A stretch of 63,941 bases of DNA, filler included, from Octopus bimaculoides (lineage: Eukaryota): the NCBI RefSeq assembly GCF_001194135.2. It is 6 parts of 6 records of this genome, joined end to end, with 100 filler letters (N's around TTAATTAATTAA, not from the genome) between each part and the next. Parts side by side here need not be neighbours in the genome. Positions count along the whole stretch, not along the records: positions 23,047 to 47,772 come from NC_068983.1; 5 more parts are not named here. The stretch is one strand, 5' to 3'. This document shows positions 24,313 through 36,955 of this stretch, one piece after another (position 1 is the first letter of the stretch; every line of letters starts with the position of its first letter). The notes beneath the pieces are model-generated. The model made no database searches. It was not told the origin of the DNA and saw nothing but the letters and a program-made list of their open reading frames with translations. The position numbers and the translations under genes were made by a program.

Positions 24313-24858
24313 TGAGGAATTAGAATGTATTTTCCGATATTACATATACGAGAATTGGAAAGATATAGAGAAAATTAGCACGGCTTATACAAGACGATGT
24401 CTCGTAAATTTATAAGATGTTCCATATGTTTTTCACGCCAATGCCCCAGTATGGCCACAGTCCAGTGGACGAAACAAGTAAAAGATAAAATATATATTGA
24501 CAATGATTATTTACATCACGGTAGTCATCAAATTTACTAAACCATAGTTGCCATTTTTAATGTCGCACATTGTGTCAGTAGGTCTCGGTTATAAATTTGA
24601 GCCTCAAATCTGTTTGGCACTTAGAATACGTAATATGAGCTGTTTGTAATATCAAGCCACAGCTGTTATCGTCGCTAACTCTCGTATGGCGGTTGTATTG
24701 TCGTCTGCAATTTGATTCTTTTCAGAAGCTCTCTATTATATCATTTCTCTAAAAACTGCTAACACCTGCGAATACTGAGGTCAGTCCAGTTACTTTTCAG
24801 TTCCCGAGACACTAATGTAAAATCCTGTCAGACGTAGCCATCGTCTTAGAGGACTTAC

Positions 24859-24957
24859 AAATGAAAGAAGCCATTTGCATATTCCTACATGGAAAATGGA
24901 TACAATCTTCTTTTAATTTTGATTGTATATCTTCAGGAAGAGTTACCTCAGCCTTTT
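24859..24957 (-). CDS. Candidate 99-nt symmetric (phase 1-1) coding exon, product unknown
   Basis: Acceptor CTTCATTTTGGTTAATATAG, donor GTAAGT, length divisible by 3, single open frame KAEVTLPEDIQSKLKEDCIHFPCRNMQMASFI; no homology recognised. Confidence 0.35.
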
Positions 24958-25072
24958 CTATATTAACCAAAATGAAGTAGATTGACAAATTTATTTTTTG
25001 AACCAGTTGAAGACACACAAGATGTCGAAATATCGTTTACTAGATGACAATGGCACTCTTCTTTTAATTTTG

Positions 25073-25189
<117 letters not shown>

Positions 25190-25615
25190 TATGTGTTTGT
25201 AAATATATATGGACTTACCTGTAATGATAATCTTCATAGAAGATGCTACAAGTATCTTTTTCCTAGTTTCACATCTATGTTTCATTCAAATGGTAAATCT
25301 ATGAAATTCTTATTTCAGTTTAAGTTCATAGTTTTCTGCACAATACCTGCACTACGAATCCGTTATGTTTTGAATACATCCTCGTAACCATTGAATGCCT
25401 TGTGTTTTAGGCAAGCAATCACAGATTATTCCCAATCATGCATTATTGCATTAGTAGATAACAGTCAAATAGATTATCACGATCTTAGAGTGATAGAATT
25501 TATGTTGACATAGATACGAGGAGATACTAGATACTAGTATCTATGTTGACATAGATACTAGTCCAAAACGTTTTCGGACTAGTCCCGTAGCATGCCAACA
25601 GATGGCAGCATACTC

Positions 25616-25661
<46 letters not shown>

Positions 25662-27402
25662 NNNNNNNNNNNNNNNNNNNNNNNNNNNNNNNNNNNNNNN
25701 NNNNNNNNNNNNNNNNNNNNNNNNNNNNNNNNNNNNNNNNNNNNNNNNNNNNNNNNNNNNNNNNNNNNNNNNNNNNNNNNNNNNNNNNNNNNNNNNNNNN
25801 NNNNNNNNNNNNNNNNNNNNNNNNNNNNNNNNNNNNNNNNNNNNNNNNNNNNNNNNNNNNNNNNNNNNNNNNNNNNNNNNNNNNNNNNNNNNNNNNNNNN
25901 NNNNNNNNNNNNNNNNNNNNNNNNNNNNNNNNNNNNNNNNNNNNNNNNNNNNNNNNNNNNNNNNNNNNNNNNNNNNNNNNNNNNNNNNNNNNNNNNNNNN
26001 NNNNNNNNNNNNNNNNNNNNNNNNNNNNNNNNNNNNNNNNNNNNNNNNNNNNNNNNNNNNNNNNNNNNNNNNNNNNNNNNNNNNNNNNNNNNNNNNNNNN
26101 TATATATATATATACATATATACACACATATATATATATATATATACATATATATATAAATATATGTATGTACATATATGTACATGTATATACATGTATA
26201 TATATATAAAGATATGAATAAGAGGAAATGGATTGAACGACATTTATTTCAGTTCGCTACAATCGTTTCCACACATTGTCACCCCTGTAGTACATTGATG
26301 AGGTGATATAATTAATGTATAGTGTGATCATCGCCGTCCATCAGAGGCGTAAAATGTGTTTCTTCGGGTGATTATCTGGAATAAGTCCTTCATTTAATCA
26401 AATTGTTATTTCACTCTATAGAAGAATTAATACAAAAAGAAAAAAAAAAGAAAGAAAACGGTTTGCCCTTTTCAGCAATTTACAGACAAAACTAAGCCCA
26501 TAAGAAAATGAGTCAAAACTAGAGTACAATCAATATATAAAATACATAAACAAGAAAAAAAACTCTCTAGTTGACTACGAAATACAACTCTATCTTCATG
26601 ATCAGTATATTGTCAGTATATTGAATTTCAACGTCAGTATATTGAAATTAAGCATTTAGAGATAGCAGTGTGATGAAGTGATAAAGAATGACCATTTTGT
26701 ATGCTTATCAACTATCTAATTGAGAGGGATCTAAAGTGCCCCGTTCCTGTTATAGCAAAGCATTTGTCTCCATCCTACACTATAATCAGTTACTATAAAA
26801 AGTAAATTTATGATTGTCCGGCTTTTATTTACTTTTATAAGCCATTAAGAAAAAAAATCTGTAGTTGACCCTCACTCACACACATACATATCGTTTAACA
26901 TACCCGATACCCGCATACAAGTGTGAATATATATATATATATATATATATANNNNNNNNNNNNNNNNNNNNNNNNNNNNNNNNNNNNNNNNNNNNNNNNN
27001 NNNNNNNNNNNNNNNNNNNNNNNNNNNNNNNNNNNNNNNNNNNNNNNNNNNNNNNNNNNNNNNNNNNNNNNNNNNNNNNNNNNNNNNNNNNNNNNNNNNN
27101 NNNNNNNNNNNNNNNNNNNNNNNNNNNNNNNNNNNNNNNNNNNNNNNNNNNNNNNNNNNNNNNNNNNNNNNNNNNNNNNNNNNNNNNNNNNNNNNNNNNN
27201 NNNNNNNNNNNNNNNNNNNNNNNNNNNNNNNNNNNNNNNNNNNNNNNNNNNNNNNNNNNNNNNNNNNNNNNNNNNNNNNNNNNNNNNNNNNNNNNNNNNN
27301 NNNNNNNNNNNNNNNNNNNNNNNNNNNNNNNNNNNNNNNNNNNNNNNNNNNNNNNNNNNNNNNNNNNNNNNNNNNNNNNNNNNNNNNNNNNNNNNNNNNN
27401 NN

Positions 27403-27514
27403 AAGAAGAAGAAGAAGAAGAAGAAGAAGAAGAAGAAGAAGAAGAAGAAGAAGAAGAAGAAGAAGAAGAAGAAGAAGAAGAAGAAGAAGGAGGAGGAGGA
27501 GGAGGAGGAGGAGG
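27403..27514. repeat. (GAA)n-(GGA)n compound microsatellite
   Basis: Direct reading. Confidence 0.95.
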
Positions 27515-27901
27515 AAAAGAATTGAAAGTGCTATGAAAGTAGCAGAGTGTTAATTGGTTAAGTATCCTGAAAATGACCTGTTTTTGACGGGAATAGTGAT
27601 TTGAATTCTTGAGAAATCCCTTTTGAATTATTGTTTATAATGTTTGTGTAGGTGTTATTCTAAACAGCAGTAGTAGTAATAAAGTAAGGGAGGAGGTGGT
27701 GGAAAGGAAGAAGAAGATGAAGAAGATGACGGAGAAGAAGAGGGACGGGGAGAAGAGAAAGAGTAATAATAGAATGCGGGATAGTGTGATAGTAACTAGT
27801 CGAGTGAGCAGTGATTGGGGTTGTATTTTTTATATTTTTATTTTTTTATAATTCCTTGAGTATCTCTTTGGAGTTTATCATTTTTAATATTTGCGTGTGT
27901 G

Positions 27902-28396
27902 TTATTCTAAGGTCGTGGTGGATATGTCATTTGTTGTAAATGTCTTCAGAAGGGGTCTGTATTTTGTGATAAAGAGAGACTCTTTACTAATTCTTTGGCT
28001 GTAGGTTGTATCTTCTATGAAGTGATAGAGGGGGAAAATTCTGAAACTTGAATTTTTATTATTGGCGCAAATATCGATGTGTTGGCTGAATGCTATTTTT
28101 CTGTTTTTCGGAATTTTGATCTGGGATTTGTGCAGAGCCATCCGTTGACGCAGGCTGTTTTTTGTTTGGCCTATGTACTGCTTTTGACACCCAGAGCAGG
28201 TTAGTGCGTATATCAGGTTCTCCGAAGTACATGCGAAGTTACTTTTCACTGTGAAATTTTGTCCCTGTTTGATGGAGAACTCTGGTCCCTCAATTAAATT
28301 GACGCATATCCCGCAGTTGGGTCTATCGCATTTTTTTACTGACGGCTTAAGTGTTGTTGTTGAGTGTATTCGAGCTTGTGTTATTAGACTTTTCAT
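27902..28396 (-). mobile_element. Penelope-like element, GIY-YIG endonuclease domain
   Basis: CDRPNCGICV...FACTSENLIYALTCSGCQKQYIGQTKNSLRQRMALHKSQI...ESLFITKYRPLL: Cys pair + IY/YIG + R...H + ExxxI motif. Confidence 0.88.
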
Positions 28397-29007
28397 AGAT
28401 TTGGGCTCCGTTATTTTTCCGTCCTTGTTTTCGTATACATTCGCTGCTTTCTTTCAAGGAATCTAATGCTCTTAGCTTAGTTTTTCCTTGGGGCGGGTCA
28501 GATTGGAGCAATCTCGAGTATAACCAACCGAAATTGCAAAGATAATCTAGAACCTGACTGAGGAAAGAAAACTTCGAATGACCCATCCTTGTTTTCTTTG
28601 TACCGTCTATCTGGATGTTTTGTTGTCCCTTTTTTGTATCATCTAACTGTCTGGATGTTTTTGCGTTCTTCTCCCATTTTGTATTTTATATATATATATT
28701 ATATTATTTACTATTATATATATATANNNNNNNNNNNNNNNNNNNNNNNNNNNNNNNNNNNNNNNNNNNNNNNNNNNNNNNNNNNNNNNNNNNNNNNNNN
28801 NNNNNNNNNNNNNNNNNNNNNNNNNNNNNNNNNNNNNNNNNNNNNNNNNNNNNNNNNNNNNNNNNNNNNNNNNNNNNNNNNNNNNNNNNNNNNNNNNNNN
28901 NNNNNNNNNNNNNNNNNNNNNNNNNNNNNNNNNNNNNNNNNNNNNNNNNNNNNNNNNNNNNNNNNNNNNNNNNNNNNNNNNNNNNNNNNNNNNNNNNNNN
29001 NNNNNNN

Positions 29008-29051
<44 letters not shown>

Positions 29052-29099
29052 GGTGAATCGTTTGTTTTCCCACCATGGGAGGTGATTACATACCCTGAC

Positions 29100-30300
29100 A
29101 CACACATTAACCAATGCGTACATCCTTAACATTAAAATTACGCAACAACTGCAAAATTCTAAACATTTTGAAAAAATTGTTCATTGTAATACAAAGCGAA
29201 TCATTTATTGCTTTCAGACATGGAAAGAAAAAAAAAACAGTAATCACATCTGCTTATACATTGCAAGAATTTATAATCGGTGCTTTTGGCATGATTAGCT
29301 TCGAGTTTTTAATAAATAATTTGAATCCCACTGTCTGCGAGCGGCTTCAGTAAAGTAGCTATAATTTTATATCATTATTCTAAAGTGTCGGAAAAACATG
29401 TCTTCTGACTCTGCTTCCACTCAATAATCGGTTATAAATCTTCTTCAGGGTCAGCTTGGAGATTGTTGAGAACAATAAAAATATTAGTTTCTAATTTAGG
29501 AATCAAATTTGTCTAATTTGGCACAATCAGCCGTTGCATTATTATATTCCCAATATAAGATTGAGAGAATTCCCATGTCGAGAAGGTTTGTGTAAAATCT
29601 ATAGCATGATATTTCTTCAGTATTCTATTCAATATCTATTTCATGTAGAAGAGGAATTGTGAAATTCCTTCGTCTGGTGAAATATCCACGTTGTTATGTA
29701 ACCATTTTCAATATTTTTATTGATTATTGCTGGCAATTTTTAAAGATATTTTCAGCCGCAAATTGTCGGTTGTCTGCGAAGAGATAATATTTTGATTCAT
29801 TAGAAAACACTTTTTGACGAAATTCCAGTTCTTTTCAGTAAATAGTTTATCATATTTATTTCTACAAGATATGGCTTTCTTTCATAACTGGAACATTTCG
29901 GTAAAATCCAAGCTAAAATTTCTGGATTCCTTCAAGAAATCTCCAATGACGTTTGGATATAGTTGGCCTGTTACTTTTAGTGACTTTCTTCAGTAAACAC
30001 CAAAAGCGATGGTTTCTTCCTATCATTACAGGTTAGTATCATAAGCTTTATCTCATGTTTCTAGATACTTTTATTTGTCAAACGAAGTTGTTTTTGTTAC
30101 TCAGCTTCGTTGTGCATTTTGAAAGGACATGTTTATTGAACGTTTCATGTTTCTCTGAAACTAGATTTACTGTTCTTCTTGGTAGATTGATGGGAAAATC
30201 GAACCGACTAGTTTCCGCAGTCAAGATTCATCAAGGATTATCTACTTCGCCTTGTAGGTTGCTGAGATTAAGAAGAATAGAACTTGTTATAGAAAATGCA
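29100..30300 (-). mobile_element. Possible decayed 5' part of a Penelope-like element (terminal repeat with hammerhead-like motif + broken ORF)
   Basis: Hammerhead-like motif at 30200-30240 upstream of fragmented reading frames (e.g. KRHWRFLEGIQKF); same strand as the GIY-YIG at 27902-28396. Confidence 0.3.
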
Positions 30301-30368
30301 GAATTGTAACAAACATAATAATATTCATGTAATGGTACAAGACTGAGAAGTGACCGGACATTAATATA

Positions 30369-31923
30369 TTAGGTTGTTCCGAAAATAATAGCCGCTCTAA
30401 GTGTTGTGTTTTGAAACGCAATTTTATCATAGTATTTTAATTATATTTTAGGTGAATTTCAACATACTTATTAATTGAAAAGAATAAAAAGTTTCAAATA
30501 GTACAACAGTGTACTATAATACAAACAATGAGCTATATACTTGTTGTAATTTAGTCATCCATAGTCTGATAACATTTCGGAATAAAATTCCTTCTTCAGA
30601 TATTCTTAGACGGAGTCGCTGCTATAATCAGTTTCCCAACAGATTTTTTTTCGGAAGCACCTCAGCAGTGGTCTCAGAAAGCTCCTCCCGGAATTCCTCA
30701 TGAGAAGTGCGTGAAGTCGGCCATGTCTCAAGTGATGTATGCTCTTTAATAATTTCCAACTTATTTCAGAAAGAAAACATACTTAATATAGAAGCTCTTA
30801 ATTATGAATTAGAAGTTCTTAATTATGAATTAGAAGCTCTTAATTATGAACATGACAAAAAAGGACCTTCGCTTCCTTTTCTTGCATGAGTTCAAGCTTG
30901 AGCACAATGCCTCCCAAACTGCTACCAATATCAATAGAGCATGGAGATAGGGGTCCACGAGTGATCGCACAGTACGAAGGTCGTTTCAGAAATTCTGCAG
31001 TGGTGGTGAGAACCTTGAAGACTAAGAAGATAGAAGACGGTCATGCAGTCTTGACAGTAAACAATTGAAAGCAATTGTTGAACAAAGTGTCAGAGAAATG
31101 TCTCAGGCACTTGGTGTCGGTATTGCAACGGTTTGGTGCAATCTGCAGTAGATTGGTAAGGTGAAAAATCTCGATAAATGGGTACCGCATGAACCCAATG
31201 AAAATCAAAAAGTTTGGCGTTCTGATGTGTGCTCAATGCTCTTTTCTGCGAAACACCAATGATCCTTTTCTGGACCGAATAGTCACTTGTGGCGAAAAGT
31301 GGATCCTTTATGATAACCGTAAATGATCAGGCCAATGGCTTCATCGTGGTGAGTCCCCCAAACATTTCCCAAAGCCAAAGTTGTATCAGCAAAAGTTTAT
31401 GGTGACTGACTGGTGGTCTGCAATTGCTGTGGTCCATTACAGCTTTTTGGAAGCCAATCAGAGCATTACGGCAGAAATTTCCTGCAATCAACTCGCTGAA
31501 ATGCATGCTCACTTCCAAAAAATGAGACGTGCATTGGTAAATTGGCGTGGCCCAATTCTGCTCCACGATAATGCAAAGCCACATGTTGCAAGAATGAAGC
31601 TGCAGAAACTCACAGACTTGGGATACTAGACTTTACCACATCCTCGATATTCTCCTGAACTTTCATCCCCTGACCACCATTTTTAAAGTAATTAAACACG
31701 TTTTTAAGTGATAAAACTTTCAGTTTCAAACGAAAGGTGGAATCAGCTTTCAAAGATTTCATAGCATCAAAGCCAATAACGAGGCATAATCTCGTTAATC
31801 GATAGCAGAGATGCGTAGATGTTCACAGTTCATACTTTGACTAATCAAAACATTTCTGTTGTTAATTGTTTCCAGAATAGAATTATGTTTGTGAAATCGG
31901 CCATTATTTTCCGAACAACCTAA
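30369..31923 (+). mobile_element. Mariner (DD34D) transposon, both TIRs and TA TSD present, transposase pseudogenised
   Basis: TIR TTAGGTTGTTCCGAAAATAATAGCCG (30369) vs reverse complement TTAGGTTGTTCGGAAAATAATGGCCG (to 31923), TA on both sides; MTKKDLRFLFLHEFKL...WVPHE...RIVTCGEKW...LLHDNAKPH...YSPEL with stops and frameshifts. Confidence 0.92.
30789..30851 (+). repeat. 3 x 21-bp tandem repeat abutting the mariner ATG
   Basis: TAGAAGCTCTTAATTATGAAT / TAGAAGTTCTTAATTATGAAT / TAGAAGCTCTTAATTATGAAC, then ATG at 30852. Confidence 0.9.
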
Positions 31924-32754
31924 TAGTATAGCGTGGTTATTAAATACACCTTCGATAGATTAATAGATTAATAATTAATTTAATCTCTTTTAGAAATTTT
32001 CATTGACCCTAAAGATTTGAACCGACCCCTTCTTGACAAAAGGAAATATGCTTATTTCTTTAAGTAAAAGACTTCAATTCCATATTAAGCAGACATCATA
32101 TGCTTCTCAGTTACTTCAAATATACGAATTTTAACGAACTTTTATGAAGAATCTGCTTTCAGAAGAATCGAAAGTAATATTGAAATTAGAGAACAGAACT
32201 GAAGGCAAAGAAAACCACTGAAATTATGGAATAAACAAAATTCTTTTTAAAGTTACAAAACTACAATCACATGACCATAGAATAATATGACATTTTCAGA
32301 AATTTAAATAATATTTTGGGAAGCATTAATTTGTACGGCGACGTCTGCAGAGGTTCGAACACGAAAAACAGTGAGAGAGAGCAATTGCCTTTATCATAAG
32401 TATTTATCATAGGCACGCACGCACACATTGAGTAAATTCATTCAAGTTCATGAAGGTGGTTTCTAAGTATGGTCTTTGTGGTGTTTTGTGGATGGGAGGT
32501 AAACCTTTTTTTAACGAAAGCATTAGAATATTGCAGAGAATTTCAATAAAACCTACATCTTACTCGTTTAGTGAAACAAACTCAGTTTATAACTCACATA
32601 CACAGAACGACGCAACACGAGACATGTATGCATAATCTTTGATCAGGTTGAGTTATATTTAATGTCTGCTTCCATTTCTGGCTTTAACAAACGCTTGAAG
32701 AAATAGGGAACTTTCATGATGGAATTTCAATATTGTGAATATTTATTCAATAGC

Positions 32755-32948
32755 GAAGGCGGCAAGCTGAATGAATGGTTAGCACGTGGGGCGAAGTAAA
32801 ACTGAGCGTTTACGTTCTGGATTCCTATTCCGCCGAGGTCCACTTTGCCATCCGGGGCCGATAAAATAAGTACCAATTGTGCACTGGGGTCGACATATTC
32901 CCTCCCACAAAACTGCTGGACTTGTGCCAAAATTTGAAACCAATATTT
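32755..32948 (+). mobile_element. SINE-B (tail type ii)
   Basis: GAAGGCGGCAAGCTGAATGAATGGTTAGCACG...GGACTTGTGCCAAAATTTGAAACC. Confidence 0.8.
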
Positions 32949-33839
32949 ATCGAAGAGAATATAATCCAAAAACAAAATGACTTTCTCCCAAATGTATGGC
33001 CTTGTTATCGAGTTCCATCTTCCAATCCATCTCTGTGTTGTAAGTTAACCAGTAATATACTGGCTGGTAGTTAATTCAGCTGAATTTATTTCTCGTCTTA
33101 AATCTGTGCACTTCAAATTTCACAGAATCGTATTCGCTTGTTCTCGGTTTATAACAGAAAATATGTTCTGTCTAGATAATGGCGTCGGTTAAATTTGCTA
33201 TAGCTTTCTCCTCTAGTTTCTTTGGTCTTATGCACAAGAAAAATAATTGTTATTTCCTCGCTGCACTATTTTACTTCAAAACATTTCAGACATATTCTCA
33301 ACCAATTAAATATTGTTGCTGATGACCTCTTGTCAGCTCTGACTGAGTTGATCGATAACATGCAAGAAGATGATCAAACATAGCATTCGATTTGCACAAT
33401 AATGTAGGACTATCTTTCGTCGTTACTTTGGAGTTTATTGATTGATGTAGGACTTCGAACTTTTATTCGTTTCTCATTTTAAAAAATGTTGCGATCGAGA
33501 GAAATTTAATTGCTCTGATGACCAAAGAGTTCTTGGACTGTCTCCGATCGTTTCTTATGTATGTTGGCACTGGAGCTTCACTGAAACCCATTTCCATTAT
33601 AATTACATTTATCATAGATTCTTTGTGTATCCAGGCGTTTTCTACCGAATTAGACGTTCAACGACATTAATCTGGTGTACAGATGCAAAGTCGTTACCAA
33701 GACATGTTACATAAATATTTGTTCCAGCTTAAAATCAAAAATTGAAATAATTCTAGATTTAGATTAATATAACATATTTATGTGTCGTGAGCTTTACTGG
33801 TTGCGATGTTAGTTTGATGCCATTGTTTTTATCGTTCAT

Positions 33840-35205
33840 TGCAGCTACTATTTGTTCCACGTACTTCTCGAGATGTTTACTCGCTGTTCCCAGGGCTCCG
33901 ACTATCATTATTGGTACTACTACTACATTTTTCATCGACCACAACTGCTTAATCTCCCAAGCTAACATGTCATATCCATCGACTTTTGTTTCTTCCTTAT
34001 CGCATACCTTGTTGTCAGCTGGGCATGCTATATCTATGATCCAGCATTGTTTGCTTTCTTCCTCAATTAACACTATGTCTGGTTTCCTATTCTCTATCTC
34101 ATAGTCACACTGAATCATAAAATTCCATAGGATCATTGCATTATAATTTTCGATAATGCCTTCGAGATTATGTTCGTACCACTTTTTTGCTCTGTCAAGT
34201 CCATACTTGTTGCAAAGTGTCCAATGGAAAGCCTTGCTATATTGTCATGACGTGTCTAATATTCTTTCTGGGCTAGTGGCCTACATTGGCTAGTAATATG
34301 CCACACGGTTTCTGATGTGTTGTCTATTCAGTATTTGATGTAATTCGTTCTTAGTGCTTGATTTTGGACAGCACAGATTAGAACTTCCGTTTCCGATTTT
34401 GAATCACTTTTAGTCGTCCATAGCCATCTTTTTCTCTGTCAGTCTTATCTTCAACATCCCTATGAAATTGTCCATGCATTCTTTACTTTATCCACCTATT
34501 TTCAGTTTCATTCATTCTCAAGTTCTTCTACAGAGCTTTATCTTTGAAATCTTCCATCCTACACAAGCCTGACCTTCTTACTTCCAATTATAGAGCTTCT
34601 GTGGCATTCTTTACTACCATGCTATATTGTTTTCTTCTGCTCTAATGCTGTGTTCGCATCCAATCAGTCTTCTTCTCCCTCTTTTTCTTGGTACATACAG
34701 TCTGTCTGTGTCACTTTTTGGGTGGAGTGACCCATATCTAGTTAGCAACTTCCTTGTTTTTCTGTCTAAGCTGTTTAGCTCATCTACTGTCCATGCGATT
34801 ACCTCAGCTCCATATCTAAGGAGTGAAAGATCCCAGGTGTTGGTAGCTTCAATCTTATTCCGTCTGTTTAATTTCGACTGAAGGATCAATCTCAGTCTGC
34901 GTAAGTACTCCACCTGAAATCTTTTTGTCATTTCTTTCTCCATTAATTTATCCATTTCCAAAATCTCCCAGTACTTATAGCTCCATTCTGATATCAGCAC
35001 TGAAGGTATACACCGTATCAATGAGGGAACTGACTTGGGCTTCATCTTTACCATAAAGTTTGAGGTCATCCATGAATAACAAATGGTTGACTTTATGTTG
35101 GTGGCTTTGGAATACATACCCAGCTTTTGCTTTCCTCAGAATCAGTGTTAGTGACATCAAGCACAGTACAAAGATCAGTGGGGACAGGCAGTGGGGAAGA
35201 TGCCC
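33840..35205 (-). mobile_element. R4/Dong-like non-LTR retrotransposon, RT-to-endonuclease fragment
   Basis: GIF..D.LSPL, HLLFMDDLKLYG, YKYWEILE, LRYGA, LHPKSDTDRLYVPRKRG, ILWNFMIQCDYEIENRKPDIVLI...IIDIACP...VGALG; 5' junction abuts (TAA)n on the element strand. Confidence 0.9.
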
Positions 35206-35207
35206 TT

Positions 35208-35211
35208 ATTA

Positions 35212-35294
<83 letters not shown>

Positions 35295-35479
35295 ATCGCT
35301 ATTTATTTTTGTTATTATTAACACTGTGCTTATGACTGAGCCATAATTTGGTTATTTATGGCAACACCATCGTTGACTATTCTTATTTTATTATAGCTGT
35401 TATGATTGTTGTTGTTGTTGTTATTGTTGTTGTTGTTGTTGTTGTTGTTGGTGGTGGTGGTTGTGTTGGTGGTGGTGGT

Positions 35480-35517
<38 letters not shown>

Positions 35518-35540
35518 TGGTGGGTGATGGGTGGTGGTGG
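35208..35540. repeat. Compound trinucleotide microsatellites (TTA)n-(TTG)n and (GTT)n-(GGT)n-(GGC)n
   Basis: Direct reading. Confidence 0.9.
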
Positions 35541-36522
35541 CACTTATAGTCGTTGAGATAAAAACTTTAAAAGAACCGAAACCTGTTTGATTGTGAAATC
35601 AATGTTGTGTAACAATGGAAATTGGGAGAGCATAACAATTACCATTNNNNNNNNNNNNNNNNNNNNNNNNNNNNNNNNNNNNNNNNNNNNNNNNNNNNNN
35701 NNNNNNNNNNNNNNNNNNNNNNNNNNNNNNNNNNNNNNNNNNNNNNNNNNNNNNNNNNNNNNNNNNNNNNNNNNNNNNNNNNNNNNNNNNNNNNNNNNNN
35801 NNNNNNNNNNNNNNNNNNNNNNNNNNNNNNNNNNNNNNNNNNNNNNNNNNNNNNNNNNNNNNNNNNNNNNNNNNNNNNNNNNNNNNNNNNNNNNNNNNNN
35901 NNNNNNNNNNNNNNNNNNNNNNNNNNNNNNNNNNNNNNNNNNNNNNNNNNNNNNNNNNNNNNNNNNNNNNNNNNNNNNNNNNNNNNNNNNNNNNNNNNNN
36001 NNNNNNNNNNNNNNNNNNNNNNNNNNNNNNNNNNNNNNNNNNNNNNNNNNNNNNNNNNNNNNNNNNNNNNNNNNNNNNNNNNNNNNNNNNNNNNNNNNNN
36101 NNNNNNNNNNNNNNNNNNNNNNNNNNNNNNNNNNNNNNNNNNNNNNNNNNNNNNNNNNNNNNNNNNNNNNNNNNNNNNNNNNNNNNNNNNNNNNNNNNNN
36201 NNNNNNNNNNNNNNNNNNNNNNNNNNNNNNNNNNNNNNNNNNNNNNNNNNNNNNNNNNNNNNNNNNNNNNNNNNNNNNNNNNNNNNNNNNNNNNNNNNNN
36301 NNNNNNNNNNNNNNNNNNNNNNNNNNNNNNNNNNNNNNNNNNNNNNNNNNNNNNNNNNNNNNNNNNNNNNNNNNNNNNNNNNNNNNNNNNNNNNNNNNNN
36401 NNNNNNNNNNNNNNNNNNNNNNNNNNNNNNNNNNNNNNNNNNNNNNNNNNNNNNNNNNNNNNNNNNNNNNNNNNNNNNNNNNNNNNNNNNNNNNNNNNNN
36501 NNNNNNNNNNNNNNNNNNNNNN

Positions 36523-36955
36523 TGGATAGTCGATTAACTCAGAACGTAACGGCAAACGAAATATCCGCTAAGCATTTCGCCCGTCGTGCTAACGTTTCTT
36601 ACAGCTCGCTGCCCTGACGATGATATTGTTTACTCTCAGGTTATAAGTAAAATATTCTATTTCGAGGATTTCACTCGATTGTTCAATTCATTCAATTTAT
36701 TCTGTTATATTGTGTATATAAAATTAGGTAATGAATATTTTAATTTCAAATTTTGGCACAAGGCCAGCAATTTCAGTGAAGGCTAAAATCGATTACACCG
36801 ACCACAGTGTTCAGCTGGAACTTATTTTATCGACCCCTAAAGGATGGAAAGTAAAGTCGACCTCGGCGGATTTTGAACTCAGAATATGTAGATTGGAGGA
36901 AATAGGGCTAAGCATTTTGCCCGGCGTGCTAACGATTCTGTCAGCTCTCTGCCTT
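36523..36955 (-). mobile_element. Two SINE-B copies (partial 36523-36612; 36735-36955)
   Basis: GCTAAGCATTTCGCCCGTCGTGCTAACG and GGATGGAAAGTAAAGTCGACCTCGGCGG...GCTAAGCATTTTGCCCGGCGTGCTAACGATTCTG. Confidence 0.8.

Noticed and set aside
32335-32365. GGTTCGAAC B-box-like motif
   Set aside because: No A box or cloverleaf could be built on either strand
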